From the IMG/VR virus record IMGVR_UViG_3300037631_000644, positions 1 through 34,207 of that record: a DNA stretch of 34,207 nucleotides. One strand, given 5' to 3'. Positions 33,302 to 34,207 of the stretch are shown here, one piece after another; position 1 is the stretch's first letter, and the number at the start of each line of letters is the position of its first letter. A program made the position numbers and the translations under genes. The notes under the pieces are model-generated. The model ran no database searches, was not told the DNA's origin, and saw nothing but the letters and a program-made list of their open reading frames with translations. Origin of the DNA: a virus (lineage: Duplodnaviria; Caudoviricetes).

Positions 33302-33775
33302 CTACCTTACTTCTTGAGCTAGTATTGCAGCGCCCCAGATTAGACCTGCACTACCTAATGCAAAGACAACAATAGCGGCTACTATTGTAAGTGCATAGAA
33401 AATCTTGTCTCTCTTTGCAGCTTCAGCTTCAAGGGCATCCTTGCGTCTCTTACGTGCTCTTGCTTGCTCATGTACTACACTCTCCCACATACCCGGTGGT
33501 CCGTACAACTGGCATATAGATCGGAGTTCATCTGTAACTTCTTTATGCTTCATCTTTGCTTGAGCAATTGCAAAGCCTTCTTCTTCTGTAGATGTTAAAC
33601 GGCCTAGTGGTCCTTTGTGTCTACCCTTCTCTGCAACACCAATCTCTGCCTCAAGATTAGCAAGCTTACCAAAAGCAGGCATAAGACTGTTTACATCTTT
33701 ACCCGCCTTTACTGCACTACTGATACTATTAGCGACTGTACTGACTGCGCTTGCAAGAGCTAATACTTCAATCAT
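33302..33775 (-). CDS. Membrane-anchored hypothetical protein (157 aa)
   Basis: Start corrected to ATG 33775 (MIEVLALASAV...); C-terminal TM. Confidence 0.75.
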   Translation of the reverse strand: MIEVLALASAVSTVANSISSAVKAGKDVNSLMPAFGKLANLEAEIGVAEKGRHKGPLGRLTSTEEEGFAIAQAKMKHKEVTDELRSICQLYGPPGMWESVVHEQARARKRRKDALEAEAAKRDKIFYALTIVAAIVVFALGSAGLIWGAAILAQEVR

Positions 33776-33776
33776 C

Positions 33777-34124
33777 TTACTTTGCCATATCTCTATGGTC
33801 ACGGTTGATGTACCGAAGCTCACTTTCCATAACGGCTATGCGTTGCTTGAGTTTATTGATCTCATTGATAGCTAATGTCATAGAGGCAAGCTCATCCCAT
33901 AGCTCCTCTACATCATCCCATACGTATTGTATCTCTACGCCATTGCTTTCAACGTCACGCTTGAGGTTAATGTTGTCCTCAATAGCCATACGTGAGCCAA
34001 GCTGACTGACAGTCTCCTCTAAGCCTGCAATAGTAGATGCCTGTTGAGACACCCACCATACTCCACCCGCAAGCTGTACAGCCATAGCTGCAACAAGAGC
34101 AATAGGAAGTTTAATGTTTTCCAT
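33777..34124 (-). CDS. N-terminal TM + coiled-coil protein
   Basis: AAGGAG SD; hydrophobic N-terminus followed by heptad repeats. Confidence 0.8.
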   Translation of the reverse strand: MENIKLPIALVAAMAVQLAGGVWWVSQQASTIAGLEETVSQLGSRMAIEDNINLKRDVESNGVEIQYVWDDVEELWDELASMTLAINEINKLKQRIAVMESELRYINRDHRDMAK

Positions 34125-34136
34125 CGTTTCTTTCTC

Positions 34137-34179
34137 CTTTTTGACTAATTTCGTTGGTCATTAGGGGTTAGTCAAAAAG
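34137..34179 (-). promoter_or_regulatory. 12-bp perfect inverted repeat overlapping the SD of 33777..34124
   Basis: CTTTTTGACTAA (34137-34148) / TTAGTCAAAAAG (34168-34179). Confidence 0.55.
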
Positions 34180-34207
34180 TCATTTAACATTAACATTGTA
34201 GTAGACG

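Noticed and set aside
22939-34005. Plus-strand ORFs within the virion arm (e.g. 26164..26610, 26674..27039, 32896..33216)
   Set aside because: Antisense shadows of long minus-strand genes
1-34207. tRNA genes, tRNA-like attP core, phage RNA polymerase, capsid/portal/terminase
   Set aside because: None recognisable by eye in this window; tRNAscan and the rest of the genome would be needed to exclude them

Overview
This window is about 34 kb of a marine alphaproteobacterial (Roseobacter/SAR116-type) podovirus genome, most likely an HMO-2011-type phage. The diagnostic feature is a family A DNA polymerase with a DnaJ-like CxxCxGxG zinc-finger insertion, alongside a tyrosine integrase, separate primase and helicase, and no RNA polymerase in the window. 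Layout: (1) 1-3453, minus strand: late and lysis genes (M15 endolysin, holin-like genes, a cluster of tiny Lys-rich proteins). (2) 3454-4437: a divergent non-coding control region that probably contains the physical genome ends, with an AT-rich palindromic block, sigma70 promoters, C/G tracts and two TGATTCG sites. (3) 4438-8765, plus strand: small early genes punctuated by five same-orientation copies of a 19-bp palindromic element, CTACYCTCGGAYCGTCCGW. (4) 8762-22561: replication and nucleotide-metabolism module (integrase, HNH, primase, ThyX, DUF3310, helicase, PolA, putative SSB, exonuclease, endonuclease I, MazG, class II RNR, glutaredoxin, EndoVII-like nuclease, PhoH, and an Acb2/Tad1-like small protein). 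(5) A convergent terminator, then minus-strand virion/ejection genes from 22596 to 34124. Capsid, portal and terminase genes are not in the window. The most interesting items are the early-region repeat element, an apparently split DUF5872-like gene within the basic-protein cluster, a candidate pseudoknot/anti-SD switch between nrdJ and grx, and a candidate anti-defence sponge with its own promoter. All family assignments are from motif recognition by eye; no searches were run.
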